NCBI GenBank assembly: GCA_041665465.1
Contig: JBAYIU010000001.1
Location: 1,081,733 to 1,145,732 of the forward strand
DNA length: 64,000 nucleotides
Source: Candidatus Woesearchaeota archaeon
GTDB lineage: Archaea > Nanobdellota > Nanobdellia > Woesearchaeales > GW2011-AR9
Direction: 5' to 3'
Part shown: one piece after another, positions 27,850 through 37,712 of the stretch
Layout: every line of letters starts with the position of its first letter
Position numbering within the stretch: the first letter of the stretch is position 1
Notes under the pieces: generated by a model
Told to the model about the DNA's origin: nothing
The model's input: the letters and a program-made list of their open reading frames with translations, nothing else
Databases searched by the model: none
Position numbers and translations under genes: made by a program

Positions 27850-28443
27850 ATGTCAATTAGAAAATATTTTGTGTCGATTGCCGCTGCGACGGTATTATTG
27901 GGGGGGTTAGCTTGCACTAAAATTGGATCTACTGCGGATACTTTGCTAGGGATGGCTTTGGATAATCCTAACTATCTTAGAATGGAACAGAGAGATACGG
28001 GAGTTGCTAACACTGCTTTCAAGGATAAAACTACCGGAAATTTAGTTTACACTTTGTTAAGAGATGGGTTTGAGGGAACAGTAACAGAATATTTTGATCT
28101 TAATCATAATGGGCAAGTTGATGGTGAAGATTATTTTGCTCGAGTTAAGGTACTTAGGGGCATAGATTGCGAAGGAAGTGATTCTGGTTGTCTAGACGAA
28201 GAATGTACTTTATGCTCTATGGTTGACTGTTTTACTCATTATCCTCAAACCGTCTCAACTAAGCCGCTTAAGGCTGTAACTACTGCTGCTGATCCTCTCA
28301 CTTTGTATCCTGCAAGCCAAGTTGACTTAATCTCTAGATATAAGGTTCAATCTCCTCGAGAAATTGCTCTGTGTGTGATTAATGGTGCAAGAGAATTAAA
28401 CCAAACTTATTCTGTAGTGGTTGATCCAAATCTTTTACCTTAG
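27850..28443 (+). CDS. Putative lipoprotein with an EF-hand-like Ca-binding loop
   Basis: Signal peptide with the lipobox LGGLAC. DLNHNGQVDGED matches the DxNxNGxxDxxE Ca-binding loop. Multiple Cys. Confidence 0.5.
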   Translation: MSIRKYFVSIAAATVLLGGLACTKIGSTADTLLGMALDNPNYLRMEQRDTGVANTAFKDKTTGNLVYTLLRDGFEGTVTEYFDLNHNGQVDGEDYFARVKVLRGIDCEGSDSGCLDEECTLCSMVDCFTHYPQTVSTKPLKAVTTAADPLTLYPASQVDLISRYKVQSPREIALCVINGARELNQTYSVVVDPNLLP

Positions 28444-28451
28444 GAGGAAAA

Positions 28452-29531
28452 ATGAAACGAATCACTTTAGCTAGTTTATTGTTGGGAGCTGCTCTTAGTT
28501 TGGGCGGATGTCATGAAGATACTCCGCAAGAGCAGATTGCAGATAAATTATCTCGTTCTCCAAAAAGTTTTCTGTGTGCGGTAGAGGATCACGTTAATTC
28601 TACTGCTCCTGCATTGTCCGTGGCTTCAGTATTGCAAACCGTTCCGGTGCTTAGTCCCGTAGTTAAGAATGATCTTCCCAAGACTATTCCTTTTACTGCT
28701 AATAGTGCTCCTAGAAAACATCGCGCTAACCAAGTTAATGGTAACATATTAACTGTTTACTTTACTACTGATCATTCTAGCTTTAACTCAAACGATACTG
28801 CTGATTTGGAAACCTATCTTCAAAGTTTACCTAATGGAACCCATTTGTTGGTAGAAGGTTATGCTGATCGAAGAGGTACTGATGAACATAACGCCTTGCT
28901 TAGTCAGCAAAGAGCTCAAGCTGTATCTGATTACGCTAAGAGATTTAATCCTACTTTGGAAACTGAACTTTATTCTTTTGGTGAGGGTCATCCGGCAGTG
29001 GAAGGTAAAGGGTTCAAGACTTATCAAGCTAATCGTCGAGTTAGAATTATCCCTCAAAAAAGTGAAGGAGTGATCACTACTGGACTAAGTACTTTAAAAC
29101 CATCTGATTATTATCTATTAGACCGAACCGGCTCAATGAAGGATATTCAATGGAATAGAGTTTCTAAGTGGAATGAAGTTCAATCTTATCAATTTCCAAA
29201 AGGGGCTAGTCTTTACACTTTTACTACTAATAATGTAACTAAAGGATGCACTGGTGAAGATTTAAATCAACTTACTCCTGATGGAGAGACTCCTTTGTTT
29301 GTGTCTTTATACTCTTTGTTAGATGAGATGAAAGAAGGTAGATCTGTAACTGTGCTAACTGATGGGATTAACAATGTAGGAGATGTTAGTGATAAGGACA
29401 TTATAGAAAGAGCTAGAGCAAAAAAGATTACTCTTTCCTTTCTAGCTCTAGTCCCTTGTGATAAGGACAGATTAACTTATCTGGCGAAAGAAACCGGCGG
29501 AGATACTTACTTGCCGATTGAGAAAGAATAA
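28452..29531 (+). CDS. Lipoprotein with an OmpA-like (peptidoglycan-associated) domain and a von Willebrand factor A domain
   Basis: Lipobox LSLGGC. VEGYADRRGTDEHNALLSQQRAQAV is the OmpA-C signature. YYLLDRTGSM (MIDAS DxSGS) and VLTDGINN mark a vWA domain. Confidence 0.65.
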   Translation: MKRITLASLLLGAALSLGGCHEDTPQEQIADKLSRSPKSFLCAVEDHVNSTAPALSVASVLQTVPVLSPVVKNDLPKTIPFTANSAPRKHRANQVNGNILTVYFTTDHSSFNSNDTADLETYLQSLPNGTHLLVEGYADRRGTDEHNALLSQQRAQAVSDYAKRFNPTLETELYSFGEGHPAVEGKGFKTYQANRRVRIIPQKSEGVITTGLSTLKPSDYYLLDRTGSMKDIQWNRVSKWNEVQSYQFPKGASLYTFTTNNVTKGCTGEDLNQLTPDGETPLFVSLYSLLDEMKEGRSVTVLTDGINNVGDVSDKDIIERARAKKITLSFLALVPCDKDRLTYLAKETGGDTYLPIEKE

Positions 29532-29544
29532 TGGAGAATGAAAA

Positions 29545-29925
29545 ATGATTGGATACATTAAACAAACTGTTTTGGCTTTAACGGCCTTTGGATTTATGAT
29601 TGGATCTGCTTATGCTGAGCAAAGAGATTTTTCTCCTCAGAAACAGTTAGCTAGAGTAGAAGCTCAGATTAAAACCGGAAAAGGAAACTTAGAAGAATTA
29701 AGAGAATTAAGATCTTATTTTAGAGATAGTGCTTCTTGTGATGCTCTGCAACAGAAATACTGGAAGAACTGTCAAGAACCAGAGCAGAGAGCTGCTTCTG
29801 AGAAACTTTGCGCTAGCTTAGATGCAGAAATTGATTCATTATGGGAATCTTGGTTAGAAACTCCTGATTTTAATCAACGATTAGATAATTATGGGTTTTG
29901 CGGACAGGATTATGTTGGTGACTAG
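29545..29925 (+). CDS. Secreted hypothetical protein
   Basis: N-terminal signal peptide, with a likely AYA-EQ cleavage site. 126 aa. Confidence 0.45.
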   Translation: MIGYIKQTVLALTAFGFMIGSAYAEQRDFSPQKQLARVEAQIKTGKGNLEELRELRSYFRDSASCDALQQKYWKNCQEPEQRAASEKLCASLDAEIDSLWESWLETPDFNQRLDNYGFCGQDYVGD

Positions 29926-29942
29926 TTTTTAAAAATTAAATC

Positions 29943-31376
29943 ATGACTATTAAAGAAAAGTTTGAAGCGATAAGGGATTATCGCAGCAGTAAAAAAGTCC
30001 AGATTGATCGTTTCTTAGATCCAGCTTTGTTTCTCACTTTTACTAATGCTGCTAGTTTGTATGGGTTAGATACGGCTTTAAACTGGGTGGCAGAACATTC
30101 AGATAAGCATGAAGGATTGGCTATGCTGGGAACTTATGCTGTTCTTGGTACAGGAATATATGAATTAAATAAGCATGTTCTTATCCCGGTAGCGAAGAGA
30201 ATAAAGCAATATCATGAGATCCGTGCTTTAAGAGGAAAAGATGCTACTGTTCTTAGCTTTGGTAAATCTGGAGCTTCACTAGCAGCATTAGCTACTTTGT
30301 ACGTTGTAGCTGGATTTAATCTTACCCTTAATGATTTCTACTGGGATGGAGATAGAGTAATTGATGCTTTTGCTCGTCATAAAAAAGCAGAACAAACCAT
30401 TGAAGAGGCTCAAGCTATTGATGTTACTCCTTTATCCTTAGAAGAAAGAGTTACTCTTGTGAATGAAACCAATATTTTAGAGAATAAAACATCTCTTGCT
30501 TCCTCTTCTGAGATTAAAGTAGAAAGTCCAACCGAGATTGGTAATTCTAACAAATATTCTACTAAAGGACGTTATTTAAGAACTCATCGCTGGGATAAAA
30601 TAAACCGAGCGGTAGAACAAAAATATGGGATTGAAGAAGGTCTTCTCTCCGGATTACAGATGAGAGAGAGTTATGGTAATCCGTTAGAACTTAATTCTGG
30701 AGATGATGGTGGAGCAGGATTGATGATGTTCCAACCCGGAACGGCCAAAGTATATGGTCTTAAAGTTTATGATGATGCTGGAGCTACGGGAAGAGATCGT
30801 AATCATGGAAGAAAACTTATCAAGTTAGTTAAAGATAATAATTATGATTATGAAGCTCTTGCTTCTATTGATGAAAGATTTGATGTACTTAAGAGTGCAG
30901 ATGCAGCAGGCAGATATCTTAGAGAGTTGTATGATAAATATGGTTCATGGGACAGCGCTTTATCTGCTTATAATCGAGGAACTCCGGCAACTAATCCTAA
31001 ATCTACTCGCCATGTTAAAACTACTCGAGAATATCAGCGATATTATCTTGAACATAATTCTGCAGGGGGAGAAAAGGTTGATGAAACCGTTTTGACTCGT
31101 CTTCGGCAAGATAGATTACCGGAATATCGATTCGTTAGAACAAATGAATTGGGACAAGCGGTTTATATGTACCGTGTTGAAGCTGGAGATAATGCCACAG
31201 TTATCGCTGAAACCTTTAATCGTTGGGATGGGAAACATGGAAGCAGATATCAAGACGTTGATTATACTCATATCGTTAATAGAGATAGAAAATATGTGGG
31301 ACACAGATTACATCCTGAGCAGTATGTTTACGTTTTAGCTGAACCTCTAGCTAAATCTAAACTTAAGAAGAAATAG
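29943..31376 (+). CDS. Membrane-anchored lytic transglycosylase (SLT domain) with a C-terminal LysM-like module
   Basis: Two N-terminal TM segments. QMRESYGNP...GGAGLMMFQPGTA...AYNRG is the SLT family signature with the catalytic Glu. The C-terminus YRVEAGDNATVIAETFN is LysM-like. Confidence 0.65.
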   Translation: MTIKEKFEAIRDYRSSKKVQIDRFLDPALFLTFTNAASLYGLDTALNWVAEHSDKHEGLAMLGTYAVLGTGIYELNKHVLIPVAKRIKQYHEIRALRGKDATVLSFGKSGASLAALATLYVVAGFNLTLNDFYWDGDRVIDAFARHKKAEQTIEEAQAIDVTPLSLEERVTLVNETNILENKTSLASSSEIKVESPTEIGNSNKYSTKGRYLRTHRWDKINRAVEQKYGIEEGLLSGLQMRESYGNPLELNSGDDGGAGLMMFQPGTAKVYGLKVYDDAGATGRDRNHGRKLIKLVKDNNYDYEALASIDERFDVLKSADAAGRYLRELYDKYGSWDSALSAYNRGTPATNPKSTRHVKTTREYQRYYLEHNSAGGEKVDETVLTRLRQDRLPEYRFVRTNELGQAVYMYRVEAGDNATVIAETFNRWDGKHGSRYQDVDYTHIVNRDRKYVGHRLHPEQYVYVLAEPLAKSKLKKK

Positions 31377-32610
31377 TTATTTTCTTTACTTTTTCTTTCA
31401 GATATTTATCCTTAAGATGGTGAGTTAGGTTATCTTTTAGTTTAGGACGTTCTACGTTGATCTTTGCATAAATTTTCCCCTTCTCTTCAAATACTTGTTT
31501 GTGTTCTTTCTTGAAATGAGTCACGTGTTCTTTTAATGCCAAAGGTGGTCCAACTCTTATTTCGAAACTGGGAAGCTCATTTCTCTCTAAAATGAAATAA
31601 AAAAAGGAGTTATTTTTTTTATTCCATTCCCATCCAGATTTTTTAACCTTAAACTTAATTAACTTCTGTTCTATGAATTCAAATGCTTTCAGTAACTGTG
31701 CTCCAACAATATCTATTTTCCCGTTTAAGGGTTGAACTTCTAAATAAACTAAGTGTGTTTTTGATCGTTTAGTTTCTTTTTTCAACTCTTCTATATTTAA
31801 GTTTTCTTTCTGGAAGAATTTAGAAGAAGGATGAGCAAGATATTCTTTAGCTAACCTCTTAAATTTACTTATCGTTTTATATCCTAAAGCAGCAGCAGCA
31901 TTACGGTTCTTATCTGTCGGATCTATCAAGATGATTGGTGATTGTTGTTTTGAAGAGTTTAAATGAAATAATACGTCCTTCTTGGGGTAGTGATTCTCTG
32001 GGTCGATTATCTCCTTGTCTTTCCATTTTAAACTTGCTTTTAATAATTTATTGAATCCTTTATAGTAGGCAATGAGTATCTCTAACCCGTACCCACTGAA
32101 TCCCCCAATGTACGATTCTGCTCCATAAATGCTGTTAGTCTTACAGAATTGTTTAGCTAAACGAACATCATCTTTTAAGGTTTTAGTATGCGCATTAACC
32201 CATCCTGAATGTAAATGAGATAAGTCTGTGATGTTTTTAGCTTGTTCTGGCTTGCTTACGTTTAAGCTGGGAACAACTTCAAACTCTATTCCCTTAAAAT
32301 TTAACCTAAAATAATCTCTGCTGCCGTGCAAGCGTTCAATTTTATCCTTAGGGAAAGCTTTCTTAAGATAAGTTTGTAACAGTTCTGAAAGTTGGTCCGA
32401 CTTTTCTGCAAAAGGAGAATAATCAAATTGAACAAATATATCTACATCATAATTTCCTGATAACCAAGTGTCTTTAGCTCCGCTTCCTCCCACTACTGCA
32501 CGAGCTTTTTTTAAGTGGGGATTAAGTAGTTTAAGAAATAGGGCAGTTACTTCTAAGAATCTCTTTCTTTCTTCTTTACTGGGTCGAATTTTATCAATAA
32601 TTTCTTGCAT
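31363..32610 (-). CDS. cca: tRNA nucleotidyltransferase (archaeal class I CCA-adding enzyme)
   Basis: GGSGAKDTWLSGNYDVDIFV nucleotidyltransferase motif. 415 aa. Confidence 0.8.
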   Translation of the reverse strand: MQEIIDKIRPSKEERKRFLEVTALFLKLLNPHLKKARAVVGGSGAKDTWLSGNYDVDIFVQFDYSPFAEKSDQLSELLQTYLKKAFPKDKIERLHGSRDYFRLNFKGIEFEVVPSLNVSKPEQAKNITDLSHLHSGWVNAHTKTLKDDVRLAKQFCKTNSIYGAESYIGGFSGYGLEILIAYYKGFNKLLKASLKWKDKEIIDPENHYPKKDVLFHLNSSKQQSPIILIDPTDKNRNAAAALGYKTISKFKRLAKEYLAHPSSKFFQKENLNIEELKKETKRSKTHLVYLEVQPLNGKIDIVGAQLLKAFEFIEQKLIKFKVKKSGWEWNKKNNSFFYFILERNELPSFEIRVGPPLALKEHVTHFKKEHKQVFEEKGKIYAKINVERPKLKDNLTHHLKDKYLKEKVKKITISS

Positions 32611-32634
32611 GGATGATTTATCTCGATTAAGAAG

Positions 32635-33387
32635 TTAAATCTTTTTAAATTCTTTCTCGATCTCTTTCTCTATTATCTTTCCGTCTTTCTCTAATCTGTG
32701 GAGATCCTTAATTAATAATCTCTTAATTTGTTTCTTGAACACTACTACTAAAGAAGATGTTCCTAAGAAGGCGACTAGAATAATTATGGGGACAATACTT
32801 ATCCCTTCCGTTAAAGAAGATCCAAAATAAGAAAGGATGACTACTTCTAATACAAATCCTAAGGTAGAAACAATGTTAAACCACATGAATTTTATGTTGG
32901 TTAATCCGGCTGCAAAACTCACTAAATCGTTTGGAAACAATGGAACTAATCGAGCGATGAAAATGGTCCATGCTTTATTCTTCTTAAACATCAAATTGAA
33001 ATGGACCACTTCTTTCTTATCAAATACTTTTTCAGCTAATTTTTTACCATACTTACGAGCGATTTGAAATACTACTGCGGATCCGATAAATGCTCCAATT
33101 AAAGTATAAACAATTCCCATAACTGGGCCGAAGATAAAACCTGCTGCTACTGCCGTTATTTCGTGAGGTAGGAAAGGAACGATATTTTGAATAGCTTGTA
33201 GCAAGGTTATCATTAAGGGAGCAAGGTACCCAAAACTTAAAACGAAGTCTTTGATTTGATTCGGATCCTCTAAATAAGTTTTAATCCAGGAAGAAGTAGT
33301 TAAGAAATAATAAACTATAGCGATAAATAATATTACTAATAAGATCTTAACCACTTTGATTACTTTGTGTCCACGAATCTTATCCAT
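32635..33387 (-). CDS. TVP38/TMEM64 (DedA-superfamily) membrane protein
   Basis: Polytopic membrane protein with a VPFLPHEITAVAAGFIFG motif. Confidence 0.65.
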   Translation of the reverse strand: MDKIRGHKVIKVVKILLVILFIAIVYYFLTTSSWIKTYLEDPNQIKDFVLSFGYLAPLMITLLQAIQNIVPFLPHEITAVAAGFIFGPVMGIVYTLIGAFIGSAVVFQIARKYGKKLAEKVFDKKEVVHFNLMFKKNKAWTIFIARLVPLFPNDLVSFAAGLTNIKFMWFNIVSTLGFVLEVVILSYFGSSLTEGISIVPIIILVAFLGTSSLVVVFKKQIKRLLIKDLHRLEKDGKIIEKEIEKEFKKI

Positions 33388-33498
33388 CCCTTGGAATAAG
33401 TAGGTTGGAGTATATAAATCTTTTTTAAGGCAAAACTAGTTCCAATATACTACTCCAGCAGCGAAGATTTTTTAAAGCGTTCTTTATTCCAGCTTATT

Positions 33499-33759
33499 AT
33501 GCTTACATTAAAAACTAGGGTGAATTGTTTTAAGTGCGGTAAATCTGTGGATAAGAATGAGACTTACCTAGCTCAGTCTACTGATAAAGAATCTAGATAT
33601 GAATGTTACGACTGCTTTAAGAAGGCTCGTTCAGCTAAAAGAGAACTCTTCTGTGGAAGATGCAAATATAAATTCCAAGCTAGAGTTCCAGTTTGTCCTT
33701 ATTGCAGTAAAAGTGATGAAGTAATTGAAGCTGGATTTACCATCCATGACCTTTTATAA
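33499..33759 (+). CDS. Zinc-ribbon hypothetical protein
   Basis: Four CxxC pairs: CFKCG, CYDCF, CGRC, CPYC. Confidence 0.4.
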   Translation: MLTLKTRVNCFKCGKSVDKNETYLAQSTDKESRYECYDCFKKARSAKRELFCGRCKYKFQARVPVCPYCSKSDEVIEAGFTIHDLL

Positions 33760-33795
33760 GAAAGGTTTTTAAGTTCTTTCTATTTCTTTCTGTTT

Positions 33796-34230
33796 ATGTT
33801 TAAAACGTTATCTCTGAAAATGAAGCCTTATTCTTGGAAGTTTTATTTTGGAATAGTGTTAATTATCCTGAGTATGGTCATCGGAGGAGTGACAAAAATA
33901 ATGGTCTTCTTTTATCTCGAAGATCCATTTTGGTTTTGGTTTAATATTATTGTTTATGCTCTTTCTTGGCCAATGTTAGGTATCGGGATATGGTGGGTAG
34001 GTAAAGAATATGCTGATAGACTTAGGAAATATGCTAGTCTCAAATTTTATGAACAATCTTTAATGAAAGGAACAAAAAAAGCTTATCAGTTAACTAAAGA
34101 AGGAACGCAACATTTTAAGGAGAAAGGTAAACAATTTAAGTCTCATGCTCAGGAAAGAACTCGAAATCTGAGTAATAACCTTAAAGGGAAGATCCATAAT
34201 ATTAAAAGGCCGTTTAGGAAGAAGATTTAG
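33796..34230 (+). CDS. Hypothetical membrane protein
   Basis: Two TM helices plus a basic C-terminal tail. Confidence 0.4.
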   Translation: MFKTLSLKMKPYSWKFYFGIVLIILSMVIGGVTKIMVFFYLEDPFWFWFNIIVYALSWPMLGIGIWWVGKEYADRLRKYASLKFYEQSLMKGTKKAYQLTKEGTQHFKEKGKQFKSHAQERTRNLSNNLKGKIHNIKRPFRKKI

Positions 34231-34846
34231 TCCTGTGGTTCTTAACATGTCGATAGATGAAATAACCTCCGATGAGTATGATTATTACGGCTACGGGTAT
34301 AGAGATGTATTCTGAATAATTTCTCACTTCATTCCAATGTTCTCCCAGTTTAAATCCAAGGTAAGTTAAGAAAGTGTTCCAAAGAGTCCCTCCAATCAAG
34401 GTGTAGATGAAAAATTTCTTGAGATCCATCTTACCAATTCCGGCAGGAATAGAGATCAGATGTCTAACTACTGGAATAAAACGGCTGATAAAGATGGTCT
34501 TATCTCCTTTCTTAGCGAACCATTGTTCAGTCTTCTGAAGATCCTGCTGGTCTAGGAACAGATACTTTCCGTATCTGATTAGGAAGGCTTTACCTCCATA
34601 TTTACCTATGAAGTAAGATAATAATGAACCAATCATGGTTCCCAAGGAACTGAACAGAATTACTGCCCACCAGCTAAAAGTTCCTTTAGCAATCAAGAAT
34701 CCAGCGAAAGGCATCACTAGTTCTGAAGGTACAGGAAAGATCATACTTTCCATGGCCATGAATAATAGAACTCCACCATAGCCAAGAGTAGAGATAGCTT
34801 GAACTGCTAATTGGCCGATCCAGGAAAGTATTTCGGTGATAATCAT
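34214..34846 (-). CDS. DedA-family membrane protein
   Basis: ESMIFPVPSE and RFIPVVRHLISIPAG motifs. Confidence 0.75.
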   Translation of the reverse strand: MIITEILSWIGQLAVQAISTLGYGGVLLFMAMESMIFPVPSELVMPFAGFLIAKGTFSWWAVILFSSLGTMIGSLLSYFIGKYGGKAFLIRYGKYLFLDQQDLQKTEQWFAKKGDKTIFISRFIPVVRHLISIPAGIGKMDLKKFFIYTLIGGTLWNTFLTYLGFKLGEHWNEVRNYSEYISIPVAVIIILIGGYFIYRHVKNHRTKSSS

Positions 34847-34947
34847 TAGGAGAATTAGATAGTGGGGTTATATAATACTTTTGTGATGGAAAGGTTAGTT
34901 CGTATTTAGAAACGTTTTTATTCTGTTTTACTTTTATCCCTTAAGAT

Positions 34948-36816
34948 ATGGGAATTAAGTCGGCTAAAAGCTTGGATCGGGTGTTGCATCGAGAGATCAC
35001 TTGGGTAATGAGAGAAACCAAGGAAGTTTCCTCCCTAGAAGAAGATATTTCTCATCTTTTAACCATTTTTAAGATTCTTCAAGACCAGAAATTAAGAGTA
35101 GTTAAACGAAGCGTCTATAACGCTCTGATGAATCGGTCTAAAAAGAAAGTGAAACATGAAGAAAACAGGGTATCTTTAGTGGAAAGGCGGATTCACCGTT
35201 TTCGAGAAAGGTTAGATCAGCAAATTAATAAGATAGAAGTGATATTTCGAGAAGAGAACAAGACTGATGAAATTGCCCAATTAGAGAAGATAAAAACACA
35301 GATTGATGTGGATGAAGGTTTATTTTTATCTTTAGTGGGGTGGCCGAATGGGAAATTGCTTAAAGAAGTTGAAAAATCTCCTCCTGATTGGGGAAACGTT
35401 TCATCTATTCTTAAACAAGGAGAACGATGCTTAAACGGTCTTCTTGCCAGTTTAGAAAAGTTAAAACCTTTAAAATTCTCTATGGCTGGATTGATGGCGC
35501 AACGTTATGGGGTTCATTTATCAGCTAAAGAAAGAATGAGATTAGAATATAATCCTGGAGATAATTCTTATTCAGTTAAAGTGTTTAATCAAGCAGAAGA
35601 TTATTATGTTCATTTGGAAAAACAGATCCGTTCTGCTCAGTATCAAGTCCTGATTGAAGTGTATATCTTCTGGCCAGATGAAGTGGGAAAATACATTGCT
35701 AAGGCTCTCATAGATAAAGCTAAAGAATTCTCCGAATATAATCGTAGAATAAATGCAAACGTATCTAATTCTAAGAAAGTGGTTTTAATGTTTGATGGGT
35801 TTGGAAGTATGAAACTGTTCTATAAAGGAAGTAAAATCCTGGAAGAGATGAGAAAAGCCGGAGTAGAGATTCGCATTTTTAATCCTCCCAGAAACACTTT
35901 CTTCAAATATAATGCTTTCTCAGTGTTACGTCATCCTCTAATTTCGATGTTTGGGAGAAATCATCGTAAGGTATGCATTATCGATGAAAAAATGGCTTAT
36001 CTGGGAGGGATAAATTTTGGAGATGAAGATCGTTTACAAAGAGATACTCATCTTTGTGTAGTAGGATCACCTGTTCCGGAGTTGGTTCAATCTTATCTTA
36101 ACATATTATCTTTATGTCAAGACTATGAAGAAAACTATTTATCTAAAATCAGTCAAGAACGTAAAGAAAAGACAAAAGAATGGATATCGGGGTCTAGACT
36201 TGCAGTTCACAAACCATCCCAAAGAAGAGGGTTTAAAATATTAGCTAATGCTCCTTCTTTTAGAGAGCACGCCATCAGAGACGAATATCTCAAGTTTATC
36301 CGTGGTGCAGAAAGAAGTATTTATCTTACTTGTCCTTATTTTTCTCCAGGGAGAAGATTTATCCGAGAGTTGGGGAAAGCAGTAGAAAGAGGTGTTGAGG
36401 TTAAGATAATCTTTCCCCTACGCACCGATCATAGCTCTGCTGATGCTATTTCTAGAAGTTATTTCAAGAAACTTTTGGAAAAAGGAGTTCAGATATTTTT
36501 ATACAATAAACCCGGAATCATGTTTATACATGCTAAAACTCTGGTTGTCGATGGGAAATATGGGACGGTTGGTTCTTCTAATTTGGATTATGTTAGTTTG
36601 TCCATGAATTGTGAGATTAACTTCTTCTTTGCTAATATTTCTTTAGCCCAGGAACTTGAGAATCAATTTAAAGATGATTTGCGTTACTGTAAAGAAGTTT
36701 CTTTAACTAAACATTTAGAAGAAATAGAGAAGGAAGGAATATTACAAAGGGGAACAACCAGAGCGATTGCGTCCATGAATAGTTTAATTGCTCCTCGACA
36801 GGCAGAGTATCAATAA
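34948..36816 (+). CDS. Phospholipase D-family protein / cardiolipin-synthase-like, with a long coiled-coil N-terminal extension
   Basis: Two HKD motifs (HRKVCIIDEKMAYLGGINF and HAKTLVVDGKYGTVGSSNLD). 622 aa. Confidence 0.75.
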   Translation: MGIKSAKSLDRVLHREITWVMRETKEVSSLEEDISHLLTIFKILQDQKLRVVKRSVYNALMNRSKKKVKHEENRVSLVERRIHRFRERLDQQINKIEVIFREENKTDEIAQLEKIKTQIDVDEGLFLSLVGWPNGKLLKEVEKSPPDWGNVSSILKQGERCLNGLLASLEKLKPLKFSMAGLMAQRYGVHLSAKERMRLEYNPGDNSYSVKVFNQAEDYYVHLEKQIRSAQYQVLIEVYIFWPDEVGKYIAKALIDKAKEFSEYNRRINANVSNSKKVVLMFDGFGSMKLFYKGSKILEEMRKAGVEIRIFNPPRNTFFKYNAFSVLRHPLISMFGRNHRKVCIIDEKMAYLGGINFGDEDRLQRDTHLCVVGSPVPELVQSYLNILSLCQDYEENYLSKISQERKEKTKEWISGSRLAVHKPSQRRGFKILANAPSFREHAIRDEYLKFIRGAERSIYLTCPYFSPGRRFIRELGKAVERGVEVKIIFPLRTDHSSADAISRSYFKKLLEKGVQIFLYNKPGIMFIHAKTLVVDGKYGTVGSSNLDYVSLSMNCEINFFFANISLAQELENQFKDDLRYCKEVSLTKHLEEIEKEGILQRGTTRAIASMNSLIAPRQAEYQ

Positions 36817-36818
36817 CC

Positions 36819-37268
36819 CTAGCTATTTCCCATAGTTCGATCTAATTCTGCTAACAAAGCTCGGTATTTTTCAGGAGCTTCGGTAATTAACAGGATATTG
36901 GTGTCTGGTTTGACTTTGAACAAAGGAGCGATAGTAGTGCCCTTTTTATGAATATGGTAACGGTAAACAGGTGATTCTCCATCTGTAAAAGGAATAGCAG
37001 TACAGACTTTCCCATCTCTTTCATAACCTTCTGAGAAGAGTCCTTTTAGGGCGGGAAGATACTCTGCAGCGGTAAGCTCTGTTCCTTGATCTTTTTGAAG
37101 ATCACTCCTTACCGCTAGGTATAAAGTCTTTCCTCCCACTCCTGGAGATGCAACATATCTTGCAGTAACATCGGTTAAGAAAGGAACTTCTATTCCTTCA
37201 GATTCTCCGTTGTGCCCTTGGAGTTCTAAGATCTTATCCCAAATGCGTTCTTCTAATGTAGTAACCAT
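36819..37268 (-). CDS. Hypothetical protein
   Basis: 149-aa ORF. No motif recognised. Confidence 0.4.
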   Translation of the reverse strand: MVTTLEERIWDKILELQGHNGESEGIEVPFLTDVTARYVASPGVGGKTLYLAVRSDLQKDQGTELTAAEYLPALKGLFSEGYERDGKVCTAIPFTDGESPVYRYHIHKKGTTIAPLFKVKPDTNILLITEAPEKYRALLAELDRTMGNS

Positions 37269-37317
37269 ATCTTGTAAGGAGTAAGAAGAAGTTTTTAAGC
37301 TTTTAGTTGATGAAGAA

Positions 37318-37656
37318 TTATAATTTCTTTATCTTAATCGCTAGCAACCCATGCTTCTTTATCTCTTCATCTGAATAATGCCACGATCCCTGAAGCAATT
37401 GCTCCTTAGACTTAAATCGGGGCCCCCAATACTCTAAAGGGGTAGAATTAACTAGGTCTTTGATCGAAGTATATTGATGTATTTCTAAGACCCTCACTTC
37501 TATCTTATCTTTATCTTCCGGACGTTTGGAAAACTCAATAATATCTCCTACCTTAACCTTCTGTCTTTTTTCATCATTCACTCGAGATTCTATTATCTTG
37601 AGACCGCTTGACATCTCATCGAAGGGTAATGGATCCAGATGCATTTCATGTTTCAT
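37318..37656 (-). CDS. ASCH-domain-like protein
   Basis: LKIIESRVNDEKRQKVKVGDIIEF resembles an ASCH beta-barrel. 112 aa. Confidence 0.45.
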   Translation of the reverse strand: MKHEMHLDPLPFDEMSSGLKIIESRVNDEKRQKVKVGDIIEFSKRPEDKDKIEVRVLEIHQYTSIKDLVNSTPLEYWGPRFKSKEQLLQGSWHYSDEEIKKHGLLAIKIKKL

Positions 37657-37712
37657 GAGATTTAGATGTTATTATCCCTTTTTAAAATTGTTGGAAATAT
37701 TAGAAGAAAAAG

